64,000 bases of DNA from positions 63,116,001 to 63,180,000 of the forward strand of contig OX597830.1 in NCBI GenBank assembly GCA_951406725.2, in the 5' to 3' direction. The translations under genes were made by a program, and so were the position numbers. The stretch comes from Octopus vulgaris. Taxonomy: Eukaryota. The notes under the pieces are model-generated. The model did not search any database. It worked only from the letters and a program-made list of their open reading frames with translations, and was not told the DNA's origin. Shown in pieces: positions 35,402 through 50,189 of this stretch (its first letter is position 1; each line of letters opens with the position of its first letter).

Positions 35402-38400
35402 ATGATGTATAAAAGATAAAGATCCTCTCCCAGTTACATAGACTCACAGGGCCAGTTCCTTGGTTTCTGTGGCATATAATACCCCACTCTGGACAGGATG
35501 CTAGTCCACTGCAGGATAAACTCACTTTTAGATGCTGAGCAGACTGGAGCAACATGAAATGAAGTCTTTTTTGCTCAAGAACACAAAGAATCGCCTGGTC
35601 CAGAAATTGAAACCTCAGTCTTACAATTAGGAGTTCAACTCCCTAACCACTGACCCACATGCATCTGCTCTATAGAAACAGAATAGTTGTTGCAGGAATG
35701 CTCAGACAGAGCTGACCCAGGGTTAAACAACAACAGAAAAAAAAAACACACAAAGTTCATAGAAGTCAAAACATGTCTGGTAAGTTCACCGTCATCAATT
35801 CACCACAGGGAAAGGTCACAATTTTTTAACAATAAAATAATTTTTAACTATTAATGGTGAGATTCTTTGGATATATTTTCTCAGTAAACTTTCCTCACAG
35901 TGAACTGACCTGTAATCAATTCAAACACGGGTCATGATGGAACTAGTATATTCAAATAGATCAACAATGTCCTAGGCTTGAACGAACATCAATTTAGAGG
36001 CGTCTGGAGGCAGATTAGCATTTAAACTGACCATATTTTATGTTCAAACCAGTCAGATCCTGCCTCTCACACATTCTGCAATGTCATTCTAAAAATATAT
36101 ATGTACGTCATCAGAATCTCTAAGCTATGAAATTGTGCCTGATTAATTAAAAACAATGGGAGGGGGGATCTGAAAGGGGTCTCTGGGAGTAGTGTCCCTG
36201 CCTTCCTGAGCTAGTTTTCTACCACATTTCTTAAAAATTGTGGTCGAGGCCTTGGTCTCAGGACCACTCGTGTCTAGAAACTGAGGTTGGAGGTAAGCAA
36301 GGGTATGCTCCCCATAGAAATTCCAGCCTAAAAAAATCCTCATGATGGCAAGGGAGAATGGGCACCAGCCAGCCCAAAGGTTGGGGTGAGCTGCACCTGC
36401 CTACCTTGGTTGCTACGGCATTGAGGTAGATCCAGCCAACTCCATTAACAGGGACAAAACCCAGATTTAAAACACTGGACTGGACTGTGAATATATATAT
36501 ATCTTTCGCGATATACCATGCTTTGAGAAGACCTGTGAAACCAGAGATCCTAGTTGTGGCTGGTGCTGTGTACCTGGTACATAAAAAAGCATCCACTACA
36601 CTCTTGGAGTGGTTGGTATTAGGAAGGGAATCCAGCTGTAGAAATCATGCCAAATCAGATTGGAACCTTGTGTAGCTACCTAGCTTACCAATTATCATTC
36701 AAACCATCCAACCCATGCCAGCATGGAAAATAGATGTTAAAAGATGATGATATATATATAAATCTGCTATTGTTATTATTGTAGCTATTATCATCATCAT
36801 TTATTATTATTATGTGTTTGTGTGGTTAAGAGGTTTGCTCCCCAACCATATGGTTTCAAGTTTAGTGCCTGTGTGTGTGTGGCACATTGGGCAAGTGTCT
36901 TCTATTGTAGCCCTACACTGATCAAAACACTGTGAGTGGATTTAGAAGAGAGGAAACTGAAAGAAGCCCATTGTATCATCATCACCACCACCATCATCAG
37001 TTAACGTCCATTTTCCATGCCAGCAACGGTTCGATGGTTTGTTTAGAGCTGGCAAGGGCCAGGAGAGCTGTACTAGGTGTTCAAGTCTCATTTGACCTCT
37101 TTTGTACAGCCAGATACCCTTCATAACACCAACCACTTTACAAAGTTTACTGGGTGTTTCTTTACATAATTCATGTTTATGTATGTTTAGTCGTTGTCTT
37201 GACCTTGTTTTAAATGAACGTCATTCATTTCCACTATGTCTGGCTATAGGGAAATATTATCTGGTTTGGAAACGGGTGAGGTTTAGCGACAGGAAGGGCA
37301 CCTAGCCATAGAAAATCTACTTTAATAAGACCCATCTGATTCATATCAGCATGAGAAAATGGATGTTAAAAACGATGAAGATGATATCTGTTTGGTAGTA
37401 TCTTGGAAGAATAATGATAATAGATACACAAACTCGATCTATTTCATTTTTTATTATCATCATTAATCCCCCAATCAATTGTGATTTATCATTTGGTCGA
37501 TCGATCAATCGTCTAGGTTCGTCTGTCACCTGGGGTAGAGAGAGCATATGATTGATAAGGTCACATAAAGCGATGAAAGGACGGAGACGAAATAAAGCGA
37601 CTGATCGATTGATTCACCTAACGATTAAACAATCCCTTAATTGATTAATTAGTCGACAAATATAAAAATGAAATCGTTCCCGTTTTGGAGAGAGATTCAA
37701 GGGAGATAAGTCCAATAGTTTCGGGTCATCTCCCTTTATCATGATAGAAATATTTACCCTGTTAATTTAACTTGCTGTAAGCACTAATTAGAAAAACCTA
37801 AGTTGTTTACCAATTACTGTTGACCTTAGAACAACGGGAGACATTTAAATCTATATTACGTCTACACTTTGTTTCCTGAACGATAAGTTTATGCAAACAC
37901 CACGTTGACAATTAGGTCCCCTTACTGGACAGGTGTTTACCATCTGATTCAATTTATTTGGTCTGATTAATCAAGTGCTCTTAAGTTGACATTTTGCCGT
38001 TAAACCTGTCCCAACGAAAAGCTCTCATCCTTACCAACATGGCTGACTGTTTAACTATCAGAGTCTGGCGTTGAAACTTTACTGCAGCTGTTATAGGCCA
38101 GAGAGCAATTAGCAGCACTTTTCATCCCGACTCACATACCTATTTCTTTATTACCCACAAGGGGCTAAACAAAGACAGACATAGGTATTAAGTCGATTAC
38201 ATCGACCCCAGTGCGTAACTGGTACTTATTTAATCGACCCCGAAAGGATGAAAGGCAAAGTCGACCTCGGCGGAATTTGAACTCAGAACGTAGCGGCAGA
38301 CGAAATACCGCTAAGCATTTCACACTCCTGTGACTCGGGGTACAATATATTACGGCGATCATTCGTTACTAGTAACATAACTGTCACTTATAAACCCACG

Positions 38401-40573
38401 TGGGTTTTATTTACATTTCTGAAGAAAAAAAAGATACCCTTCCCCCCACCCCTAACCCCACATATGTAAAAAAAAAAATTAAAATTTTACAGAAAGTGAC
38501 GATGTCTTTCTTCTTCAAATGTAAACAAATACACGTGACGTAAATAGGACTCATATCGAAAGAATGCCTATATTACTTTTACTTGCTTCGGTCATTGGAC
38601 TGTAGCCATACTGGAGCAGAGGCTTGAAGAGTTCGCTCGAACGGTGGAAGTAAACAAACCAACATCAGTTAAACTGAGGTGGAGGCAAACACAAAGTCAC
38701 ACACGTGTGTATTGGAAAATGTGTGAAATACTTGGTACAGTTGGGTATATTTGAAAAGGGAAAAGAACGACTTCACTGGTAGTTCTAATTAATTTAATTT
38801 TGCCATCCTCGCCTGGCTCCCGTGCCGGTGGCACGTAAAAAGCACCATCTGATCGTGGCCGTTTGCCAGCCTCGTCTGGTACCCGTGCAGGTGGCACGTA
38901 AAAAGCACCCACTACACTCTCGGAGTGGTTGGCGTTAGGAAGGGCATCCAGCTGTAGAAACACTGCCAGATCAGACTGGGCCTGATGCAGCCTTCTGGCT
39001 TCCCAGACCCCAGTTGAACCGTCCAACCCATGCTAGCATGGAAAACGGACGTTAAATGATGATAATTTTATTTCACAGTTTGGTTTGTTGATCTAGTAAG
39101 TTATTCGTTAACCTTTCTGGAGAACTTTCTCGTATTTATGGGAGGCAGTTGTCAAATTGCTCTTCAGGTTGTGTTGAGCTGCGGGCATGCTTGGGGTGGG
39201 GTTGGGGGTTGTTAATAAGTGCGAGAGTGAAGGAGACTTGACGAATCAGAGATGCAAGAAAATAGGAATGGTAAAAACAAGACGACTGAGAGTGAAGTTG
39301 GGAGGTGGTGGGGTGTTCAAGGATTTATTTATGAAGGGCTTGCAAGTGTCCTCAGGTTAATTCCATTTGAATAGTTGACCTGTGGTGGAAAATATAATGG
39401 TCAGATGGTTTTCAAATTCTCTTATGACTGAAACTATCTTGATTTTATAAAGAGAAGCTTCAGTAATTTTCTGTTAAAGCTGAGATTAGGTGATAAAAAG
39501 GGACAAAAAAAAAAAGAGGTTAGACCTGGAATGTTTGTTGATAGAAATGTATTTTTTTATATTTATATTTTGGGAGGGGAGGAGGGGGAGAGATCATGCT
39601 AGCTCACATATTTACTTCCCTACATAAACCCAAACAAAAAGTATACATACACAGGCACAGAAGTGGCTGTGTGGTAAGAACCTTGCTTCCCAACCACAAG
39701 ATTCTGGGTTCAGTCCCACTGGGTGGCACATTTTCTACTATAGCCTTGTGAGTAGATTTGGTAGACGGAAACTGAAAGAAGCCTGTCGTATATGTATGCA
39801 TTTGTGTGTCTGTGTTTCTCCCCCGACCATCATTTGACAACAAATGCTGGTGTGTTTATGTCCCTGTAACCTAGTGGTTTGGTAAAAAAGGCCAATAGAA
39901 TAAGTACTATGTCCTGGGGTCTATTTGTTCAACTAAAGGCAGTGCCCCAGCACAACTACATTCAAATGACCGAAACGAGAAATATATATATATATACACA
40001 CACACATACATCAGGCATGTGCCGTCAGTAATTACTCAGGGTAGGCAGTTGGTGACCTTTATGTAGTAAAACACAAGAAAATACGCAAAACACGGGCACA
40101 CAACTGAGTAAAAGGCAGATCTATTTCTGCTTTCATAACACGTAAAGAAAACGGTGTTGTAGAAGTGTATGCAGCTTGTGCACTACAGCAGTACTATGCA
40201 TAGTTTAAATACTGAGATTGAAAAATCGGGGTGAATTATGGCCACCTAATCTACAAAAAAACAAATAAAATATTTTGCATTTAATGCATAGTAATCAGAC
40301 TAACCTTCATAATTTTATTGAATTTGGTGAATATTTTGCCATGAGAGGAAAATGTTGCTATTAATCTATTTTATTCAAGGTAGGCATAACCTACCTAAGT
40401 GGCACATCCCTGATATATATATATATATACATACACACACACAAACACATATGCATACATATATACACACACATACCCATACACATATTTCTAGCTCATA
40501 CAAACCCATGTATTTGTACATGCATACGTCCACACACACACACACGTATCTATGCTACCCAAGTTTACATGTA

Positions 40574-41139
40574 TTGGGTTGTCCAGAAAGTTCGTGCCGA
40601 TTTCTAAAGGAAAGAAAAAGGTCAATAAATACTTGCCATTACATTTTTAATCAACCAAATATGAACCATTTTGTTGCACAATGCGTCTCCATCTTTCCTT
40701 TAACTTGAAAATACCCTCTTCCTAGATTTGAGGTGGTTTCATGGCAAAGAATTCATCAAGGTATCTTTTTATGTCATCCAAGGAATTGAAATTTTTACCA
40801 TTAAGACTATTCTGCAGAGATCTGAATAAGTGGAAATCCAAAGGAGCAATTTCTGGTGAACATGGAGGGTTGGGTAACACATCCCAGCCGAGCTGCAGCA
40901 ATTTTCGTCTGGTTCCCAAAGCATCAAGTGCCAAAAATGAACTTTCTTATCTTCCATTTTAAAGGGTTATAGAATTAACACAGGTTATAGGAACATAAAC
41001 CTTCTTCCATGAAAAGATAGCTTAAACTGTGCTCTAAATGGAGGTGTAGTCAAATCCTATTTTATGAACTCAACCATGTTTTAAAATAAATCGAAAGGTA
41101 AGCCACTATAAATCGGCATGAACTTTCCAGACAACCCAA
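40574..41139 (-). mobile_element. Internally deleted mariner transposon
   Basis: TA|TTGGGTTGTCCAGAAAGTTCGTGCCGATTT ... AAATCGGCATGAACTTTCCAGACAACCCAA|TA TIRs; transposase remnants MEDKKVHFWHLML and LGWDVLPNPPCSPEIAPLDFHLFRSLQNSL (YSPDLAPxD-like). Confidence 0.92.
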
Positions 41140-42251
41140 TATATTGGGAGCGGGGGGTGTCAGTGAAATGGTAGTTTACTTCTGAGGGTTGTTCTCTTTA
41201 ACAACCAAATGATTCAAAGTGAGTGTCATCAACTTCTATTTAGATAAATGGATGTCCCTGCATTCCTTAACTTGCAGTTTCAATGTTAGACGTAAATTTC
41301 CACTTGGAAAGCAATTTTTGTTTAGCTTGGGCACTTGGTGACTGCTATTCATTATTTGTGAGTCTTTTATGAGTGCATTCATTATGGGGCATTGCTAGAG
41401 AACTGGGAGATATAATGGAATGGAATCTTTGCAGGTCTTCATGGTTTCTATCCCAGAAGATGAAGCAATTGTCTTGGTGATGTTTCCAGTTGTCATTAAT
41501 GTAGGTGGCAAAGTGTTACACATGTTGGGCTACTCTGGTACTGTCCCTTTTATTTGTAAGTATAGTTCATTATCAAAGAGGAAATAGTTGTTCTCCAATA
41601 TTAAATATTAATTTGAGCCCTTCCAAAATAAACTCTTTCAGGAATCTCTCTGAAATGGAGTCTGGGTGTTTTGTAATCCAGAAGTCAATGGCTTCAATTC
41701 TTAAGCTGTGTGGGATGTTAGTATTCTCTTCTACTTGTTTCAGTCATGTGACTGTGGCCATGCTGGAGCACCGGCTTCAGTCGAGCAAATAGACCCCAGG
41801 ACTTATTCTTTGTAAGCCTAGTACTTATTCTATCGGTATCTTTTGCCAAACCGCTAAGTTACAGGGACGTAAACACAAAAGCATTGGTTGTCAAGTGATG
41901 TTGGGGGGACAAACACAGACACACGGGCTTCTTTCGGTTTCCGTCTACCAAATCCACTCACAAGGCTTTGGTCGGCCCAAGGCTATAGTAGAAGACACTT
42001 GCCCAAGGTACCACGCAGTGGGCCTGAACCCGGAACCATGTGGTTGGTCAGCAAGCTACTTACCACACAACCACTCCTACACGTATAAGCTTGTTTGTAG
42101 TTTCTGTTTGTTTATATGTAGGGAAGTAAATATGTGAGCTAGCATGATCTCCCCTCCCAAAATATAAATATAAAAAAATACATTTCTATCAACAAACATT
42201 CCAAGTCTAACCTTGTTTTTTTTCTCTCTCTAGCATCTTCTTATCAAAAGA

Positions 42252-42605
42252 CTAGCAGTATCACCCGGCGTTCCTCGGGTTTGTAAGGGAAATAACTATA
42301 TAAGCATAATAGCCATCTCAATATGGCTAACCACTAAGGGGGTGTTACTGTAGCTTTTTACGTTCTGAGACTTAATAATAAATTTTTAGAGAGTTACTTC
42401 CCTTATATAATAGCAAAAAAATAGGGAAACATGATAGTAAAATTTCTTTTTAAATCGTAGAAGCGCGCTAATACCCAGAAGGGCTCGATATGAATCACAA
42501 CTATAAGATACCTGCTTTTGGTTACACTGCACTGCAAAATGTGGGAGTAGTTAGGAATCTACATCGTAGGAGACAGACACACAACTTCACTCTTATATAT
42601 AACGA
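42252..42605 (-). mobile_element. Non-autonomous Helitron inserted in the right inverted arm
   Basis: Same termini and body as 11375-11684. Confidence 0.8.
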
Positions 42606-43510
42606 TATGTATCTTACACCCCAACACCTAATCTGAGCTTTAACATAGAAAATTACTGAAGCCTCTCTTTATAAAATCAAGATAGTTTCAAGAGAATTTG
42701 AAAAACATCTGACCATTATATTTTCCACCCTAGATCAACTGTTCAAATGGAGGTCACTTTCACAAGCCCTTCATAAAACATTCCTTAAACATCTCACCAC
42801 ATCCCAACTCCAGCCTCTATCATCTTGTTTTTTACTATTCACTATGATTCATTAACACTCCTTCACTCTCACACTTATTAACAAGTCCCCAACCCCATGC
42901 CAGACACACCCAAATCCCTTATCTGAAGAACTAGCTGAGGTACCAATAAGATGTCTGTTTGTAGCCATGAAATATTTTTTGTGAAATTTCGACATTTTTC
43001 TAAAATTTAAAATAATCTATATTAATGGGAAGGACTAATCTGACAAACCCATGTCGTCATCATTTTTGTGTATAAGATGGCGAAATCTTACGCCTTGGGG
43101 CAGATTTCGTCAAATTGCTGCTATTTCTAGGAATTTTGAACCACTTCATAAAAGTACCTATGATCGTTATTCTTATACTTTGCAATAGTCTTTACTCTTT
43201 TAATTAATCCAACATCAATGAACTGGAGATGTGCTGAGCATCTGCAATACACATATTCCTACACTTCACATATTCTGTCAGTTTTCTTACTGTGAAGACT
43301 TAAACTTGATTTTAGGTTTAATATTTAATCACACAGTTACTAATTGGTTATGAAATAACAAACCCACACCACTCTATCTAGTAGATAAAAGCATTACCAA
43401 CCCTCTTAGTACAAACCTGCCTGATGCAGACCCTGAATTTAGGATGTAAAACTGCTTAGAAAATCTTGATTGAATCTGCAAAGATTGTAAGCTTGAATAA
43501 AATGCTTTAA

Positions 43511-43721
43511 CCCTTTTGTTACTGTATTTATTTTGAGATGTTCTGTGTTTCTTTCAATTACTTTAAATATAACAAAGAATTTAGTAAAATAACTTAGTTA
43601 TCATTCAGATAGTGTTAGGAATATAAACTGTGACTAAGGTTTGGTGGAAGGTATTAATTCATAACTTATGAAAACAAGACATTTGTACTCAAGAGCCAGA
43701 GCCGGGTTGGTAACGAAAGGG
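43511..43721. mobile_element. piggyBac-type MITE
   Basis: TTAA|CCCTTTTGTTAC ... GTAACGAAAGGG|TTAA; related copy at about 59870-60062. Confidence 0.75.
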
Positions 43722-46700
43722 TTAACCCCTTAGCATTCACCTTATTTTGTCAAAAGTAAAACTTAGTCTTAACCGTGCATTATTTTAACTGAGAGATTGT
43801 ATGAGGTGACTTTTTTGAATGACAATGCAGGGCTGGTGTAAGGGGCCAGATCTGGCCAGTTTGAATGCTAAAGAGTTAAATAAATAAATAAACTTTGTTT
43901 CAAATTAGATATTTTAGTATCATCATTTAACAACTGTTTTCCATGCTGGCATGGGTTGGACGGTTTGACTGAAAACTGGTAAACTGCTCCAGGTTCCAAT
44001 CTGATTTGGTAAAGTTTCTACAGCTGGATGCCCTTCCTAACGCCAACCACTTCAGAAGTGTTGTGGGTGACTTTTATGTGCCACTGGCACGGATGCATTG
44101 ACCGGACAGCAACATCGGCCATGACCACAGTCTTGCTTATATATATCTCACTGTATATCGCCAAAGATCTTGAGTATGAAATTTGCTTATGATAAATGAA
44201 AACTGATCTGATCCTTGGCAACCAAAGCCTTATAAGTGGACTAGATAACTGGAAACTGAAAGAAGCCTGTACACTGAGAGTTGCTGAAGCATGGAACAAA
44301 CTGCTGGCATCAGTTGTTAGTTGTCGGAGCACTGCATCCTTCAAAACTTCCATGCTTTCTGAGATTCACCAACACTACACCTGATTTTCTCCCCTCCATA
44401 CACACACAAGCAATGTATCCGACTCATACACTGTTCGCTTTCCAGACATTTCTACATTTCTACATGTACTTTATACACACTTTTGACAAGTTGTGGTGCA
44501 CCTGAGCACTGTATACAATTAATTTCATTATCATATTTGTGTATGTATGCATGCTTGTCTCCCCATCTTCACACTGTGTGTTCCTGTTATACAAGCAGTG
44601 TCATTCATTTCCAATATTCTGCAAAGCATGTTTGGCTATGGGGAAATACCAACTTAAAAAAGTGAGGATTGGCACTCGGAAGGGCATCCAGCCCAAGAAA
44701 ACCTGCCTCAATAAGCATGGAAAATGGGTTAACAATAGTAACAATAATTTAAATTGCAGTTAGTTGGACAGCTTGTAAAATATAAAATCTTAAAAATACA
44801 TACCTCAAGTACATCATTTGTGAAATCTTTTCCAATCTTCATTATCCACCTTATTTCTATAGTTTTAACAATTTTTGAACAGGTTTCAGCCACTGGACTG
44901 TGGCCATGCTGGGGCACCACATTTAAGGGTTTAGTTGATCATACTGACCCTGGTGCTTAGAAAAGAAAGTTACTTTATCAATCTTTATTCAAGAAACTAA
45001 ATTACAGGTCATTAAAGATAAATACACACACATCGTCATTTTTTGACACTTCCACGTTTGCATGGATTAGATGCTGCTCCTATAGGCCTCAGCATGATCT
45101 CTTCACCAACCACGGTCTGAAGTGGGAGGCTGTGAATCTGAGCTCAAGATCATACTGGTAGAATTTATAGCATACCAAGCAAAATGCTTAGCGGCACTTT
45201 ATCCAACCTTACATTCTGAGATCCATAAGATAAGCACCTTGCACTGGGGATGAGGCTCACCAAACCAGTATGAACCCATCCCTATCATCATTTCTAATAT
45301 TTTCCTTAATCTTTTGAACCACAAACTGAAGGGCTGAACATAGTTCCATATACTTGGTCATTTGCATCACACTGACACTTGATACCAAGACAAGAGGTAA
45401 AACAAACACACACAAGGCTTCCTCCAGTTTCCACCAATCAAATTATTCTCACAAAGTATTGATCCACCTGTGATGGTAGCAGAAGACGCCAGTCAACAGT
45501 GTCCCCATGGTGGGTGAGAATGAACCCATAAACACATGGTCATGTTTGCAACAATTATTAAAGTCTGATGCTCAACCAACTGAGCCAGGTAGCTATCATC
45601 ATCATCATCATTTACCATCCGTTGTCCATGCTGGAAGGCTGCACCAGACTCCAGTCTGGTTTGGTATGGTTTTCTACAGCTGGAGGCCCTTCTTAATGCC
45701 ATGATTGTGATTTTGCTTGGCTTGGCGGGTCTTCTCAAGCATGACACAATGGCAAAGGTTTTGGTCATTGTCTCCGTGAGACCCAACACTCAAAAGGAAC
45801 CCGGCCATTTTGCCTCCACAAGGCCCAATATGTGTTTTTGCACCTCACTACTTTTTGACAACTGGTGTTTTTATGTGCCCGTGACCTAGCAGTTCAACAA
45901 AACACACTGATAGAATAAGTACCAGCTTTTAAAAAATAAGTACTCATTTGACTAAAATTCTTTAAAGGTGGTGCCCCAGCTTGGTCGTACTCAAATGACT
46001 GGCACAAGTAAACAATGTACACCAATGCTAAACACATTTTTTAAATAACCCTTTCTACCGTAAGGCACAAGGCCTGACATTTTGGAGGAGGAGGTAAGTC
46101 AATTATATTGATCCCAACACTCAACCGATACTTGTTTCATTGACCCCAAAAGGATAAAAGGCAAAAGTTGACCATGGCAGAATTCGAACTCAGACCACAA
46201 AGATGAGCATAATGCTGCCATGCATTTTGCTAGTTTACTGCTTTAATAACACCCCTTTTTACTAAAGGCACAAGGTCTGAAATTTCAAGGGAGGGGACGA
46301 GTTGGCTACACTGACCCCTGTGTTTCACTGGCACTTAATTTATCAACCCCAAAAGGATGAATGGCAAAATAATAATCCATTCTATTATAGGCAGAAGACC
46401 TGAAATTTGGGGGTAGAGGAACAGTCGATTACATTGACCCCCAGTACTCAAATGGTACTTAATTTACTGACCCTGAAAGGATGAAAGGCAAACTTGACCA
46501 TAGCAGAATAATAATAATAGAGAAGACAAAGAGCACGATGTGATTGCTATTGGTTAAATGATATTTCGACAGCAAGTCTTTCTTTGTTGAGTTCAAAATA
46601 AAAAGTGATAAAAATTCAAATCTAAAGTATGAACGAGGGCAACCAGTGTCCACGTGTTGATGGAATGATATAACTTTTGTAACTGATAGAAATGTCGATT

Positions 46701-49700
46701 TAATTTTTGATTTGCATTTAAATGGTACAAAATCCATAGGCTCAGGATTAGGCTCTAGCAAAACTAACAGGGCCGACAACCAATAAAATATGAATTGCAA
46801 TTGCATTGTTCTCTTCATCTTGTATGTTGTTTTCAATAATTATTAAAAAGAAAAAAAAAAATCATTTTCAATTGGTAAATTGCATTTTTTCCGCGGGTAG
46901 CTGGTCATCTTTAATCTTCAACTTGTTTCAGTCATTAGACAGTGGCCATACTTGGGCATTGCCTCGAAGAATGTTTAACAAATCCCAGTGACTCTCTCGT
47001 GTCATGGCATATTCATGCTGTTGACAAATCGTGACTTGTTCCTACTCCATTTATTTCTGTCTCTTGCAACATCACCCAGACCTTTCTCACTCTGCATGTT
47101 CATTCTCTTCATCCAGCTGAACACCATCATTCTCTGCATTCCCACCATGTAACACTCCATTCTGTCATCCTGACAAAATGACCAGCAAATCTCCACTGTC
47201 TCCACTTTCAACACTTCTACAATCATCAACCACTGTAGTCACGAGACTCTATATTTTTCGTAAAAGTCTGGTACTTATTCTATCAGTGTCTTTTGCTGAA
47301 GTGCTAAGTTATGGGGACATTAAGACACCCACACCAGTTGTCAAGTAGATGTGGTGGGAACAAACACGCATTTGCAACAGGCTTCTCTTAGTTTCTGTCT
47401 ATTAAATCCACTTACAAGTCTTTGGCCATCCCAAGGTGCCATGCAGTGGTTGAACCCAGAATCATGAGATTGGAAAGCAAGCTTCTTACCACAACCTTTT
47501 TTTTTTGTATGTATGTACCTGACAGTCTTCCTTAAAGTTCCCAGCAATCCAGTTTTCCTTACCAGGCATTGGGTAATTCGATGTTACAGTAAAAGAAACC
47601 ACTTAGTTATGAGAGCAAACTTGTTAAGTACACAATCAAATCTACCTGAGAACCTGCCCATCACTTGACAGGGTCGTCTGCAAATTCTGTCAGACCCATG
47701 AGAGAAAGAACTGGACCATAACACTTTTGCATTGAAATCAGACTTATCTAGTCTCTTACACTTACTCAACAATGTCATTCTAAAAATAAACAATCACATC
47801 ATTGAAATCTCGAACCTACAAGATAATGCATGATTAATTTAAAACCGAATAGAGAAGCATTACATTTGAGAGAGTAATCTGAATGTTAAAGGGTTAAAAT
47901 GAGGATGATGATAAATAATGATAATGAAATTATTGTGTATTATACTCAGGTGCACTACAACTCATCAAAGGTGCAGGTACAGTACATAGAATTATGTACA
48001 AAATTCAGGAAAGTGAACAGTGTATGAGTCATGATATACATGTGTGCATCATAATGAATAATTCACTCAACAAAGATTGATGGATATAAAAACAGGAATA
48101 TATATAATTGGAAATTTTTTTTACCCAGTGACTGAGTCAGGTGTCACATTGGATATTTGTTGGATTACCTTGAAGTAGGGAAAATACAAGCAAGAAAAAG
48201 AAAACAAACAATAAATCTCAATAAAACATAAAAAACATGTGAGTCTCAGTGAGAGAAATCAAAGTAGACAGGCATCAATAATACATTCAAGCTATGACCA
48301 GTTACTACCGTCCACAGCTGTTTATTGTGATCCAAAATGAACCTGAGTCTCACCCACGGCACTCCCTGGAAAGAATTAACTGTGAGAAGCTCTTGTCAAA
48401 AAACTTCCACATAACAATGCCTCCACATATTCCAACAAATAACAGTTTTACTTGCTAAAAAGTCACTGGACAGAACAGTTTCTAAAAGTTGATTCCATTG
48501 CAAAGAAATGTGGTTTGTCTTTTGGAGTTTTTTTTCCCCCTTTCCTTTTAGAAAAGAAAAAGAAATTTGAAAGAAAAAAAAGGCTCTTTTTCTCTTTTAT
48601 AAAATTCTAATAATTGTGTGCAAAATTGGCATTTTTTGTTTTGTTTTTTTTTCCCCTTTTTGGTGTTGTTTGTAAAATATTAGCAAAGATTTGAAAGTTT
48701 TTTTATGGAATTTTACTGCAAGAAGAAAGAAAGAAAAAAGGTTCCTTACAGACCTGAATAAAACATAAAAACTAAAAATGAATATATAAAGAAAAAAAGT
48801 AGAAACTGTATTTCTTAAATGACCAAAAACGAAAGCAGAGTTTAGGACACACGGATAATGAAAGGACAGCTTCACAAGTTTAGAAATAACGAAAAGTTAA
48901 ATCTATTTAACCAGACCAATTTTCCAGAACTAGGAAGAAGGGGGAAAAAAGATTTATCACAGCAGGTTAATTTTGAGTTCGTAAACATATCTCGAGGTAA
49001 GAGAAGCTGGAGAAACAGCAAAAGATTGGTAATTAATATTTTAAAGCAATTGACGGTTAACTGCTAATCACCAATATGCTTATGTTGTTTGTCAAGCAAG
49101 TATATTCTAGCAAAATATATACTTATCACCATACCCAGATATTTTTAAAACATCAACACCCCTTTTTGTTTGGTCCTCATTACAAATTCCTCGTATGCGT
49201 CTCTTTTGGAAGATATTCGTTAAAGCTAACCATCCCACGAACCAAAATGTATTTTAGGTCAATGCTCTTATCTCCTGCTTTTCTGTTGGCATTCAAACTG
49301 ATGAGATGCACTCACCCAAAGATAAGACATGAGTCTTTTTCTGAGCAACTTTACCCATTTTCCAGCTGAGTAAATAAAGACAAATTCTCCACAGATATCT
49401 TATTCAGGTGCAGAAAGCAAAGGAGATGCAAATTCCTGGCTAATTTCTTCAGAAGATTGGTTCATCTGATCTTTTAATCAACTCAACCTTGGTTACCCTT
49501 GGAATCATTGTAATTAATGGTTTAATAAGCTATTTATAGAATCCACAAGTAAATTTAATTTTCTGAAAGATTTAATGCTTTGATATTGTTTTGTTTCCTC
49601 TCCCTTTTTTTCAAATTAAATTTACAATATTTTAAGTGGAACCAAAAAATTATAAAAATAAAAAAGCTAGTTAAGCTTGAGCCTGTTTTCTGTGATAACT

Positions 49701-49721
49701 GTTGAATAGCAGCTATATATA

Positions 49722-49752
<31 letters not shown>

Positions 49753-50189
49753 GTGTATGTATATGTATATATACACACACACACATATATATATTATATA
49801 TATATATACGTGCATATACATATGCATAAAAAAATAAAATGTGTAAAATGGACTAGTATGACAAAAAAAGAAGAAAAAAAAAGCTTCTTGTCTATGATTT
49901 TCCAAGTGACATTTCTTTAAAATTACTCAGCTTTTAACATAAATTGTCCACTTTTAGACATTGGGAATCAGAGAGAGAGAGAGAGAGAGAGAGCTGTAAA
50001 TAGAGAGAAAGAGAGAGAGAGAGAGAGAATTGACTGCTTTGCACTGGTAATGGTGTGGCAAACCAAACCAGTAGCAAGCAGTCTCTTATAAAAAAGCTAC
50101 ATGTCCTTTGAACTACAAGCCAGCAGCAAGTAATTTGCTAGAGGCAGATATTCCAGGCCAAGTACAGTTGGTTCACCATCAGTTTATCA

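Larger units (their letters stand above)
39150..42930 (-). mobile_element. Penelope-like element remnant flanked by long inverted repeats, with nested insertions
   Basis: Minus strand 41230-41722 gives TNIPHS.xIEAIDFWITKHPDSISERFLKEFILEGLKL..ENNYFLFDNELYLQIKGT and NWKHHQDNCFIFW (decayed Penelope RT motifs); 39190-39627 is the inverted copy of 42110-42900. Confidence 0.75.

Noticed and set aside
46459-46836. 125-aa minus-strand ORF with hydrophobic segments
   Set aside because: No recognisable motif, its C-terminus runs into a SINE, and there is no splice support; cannot be distinguished from a chance ORF
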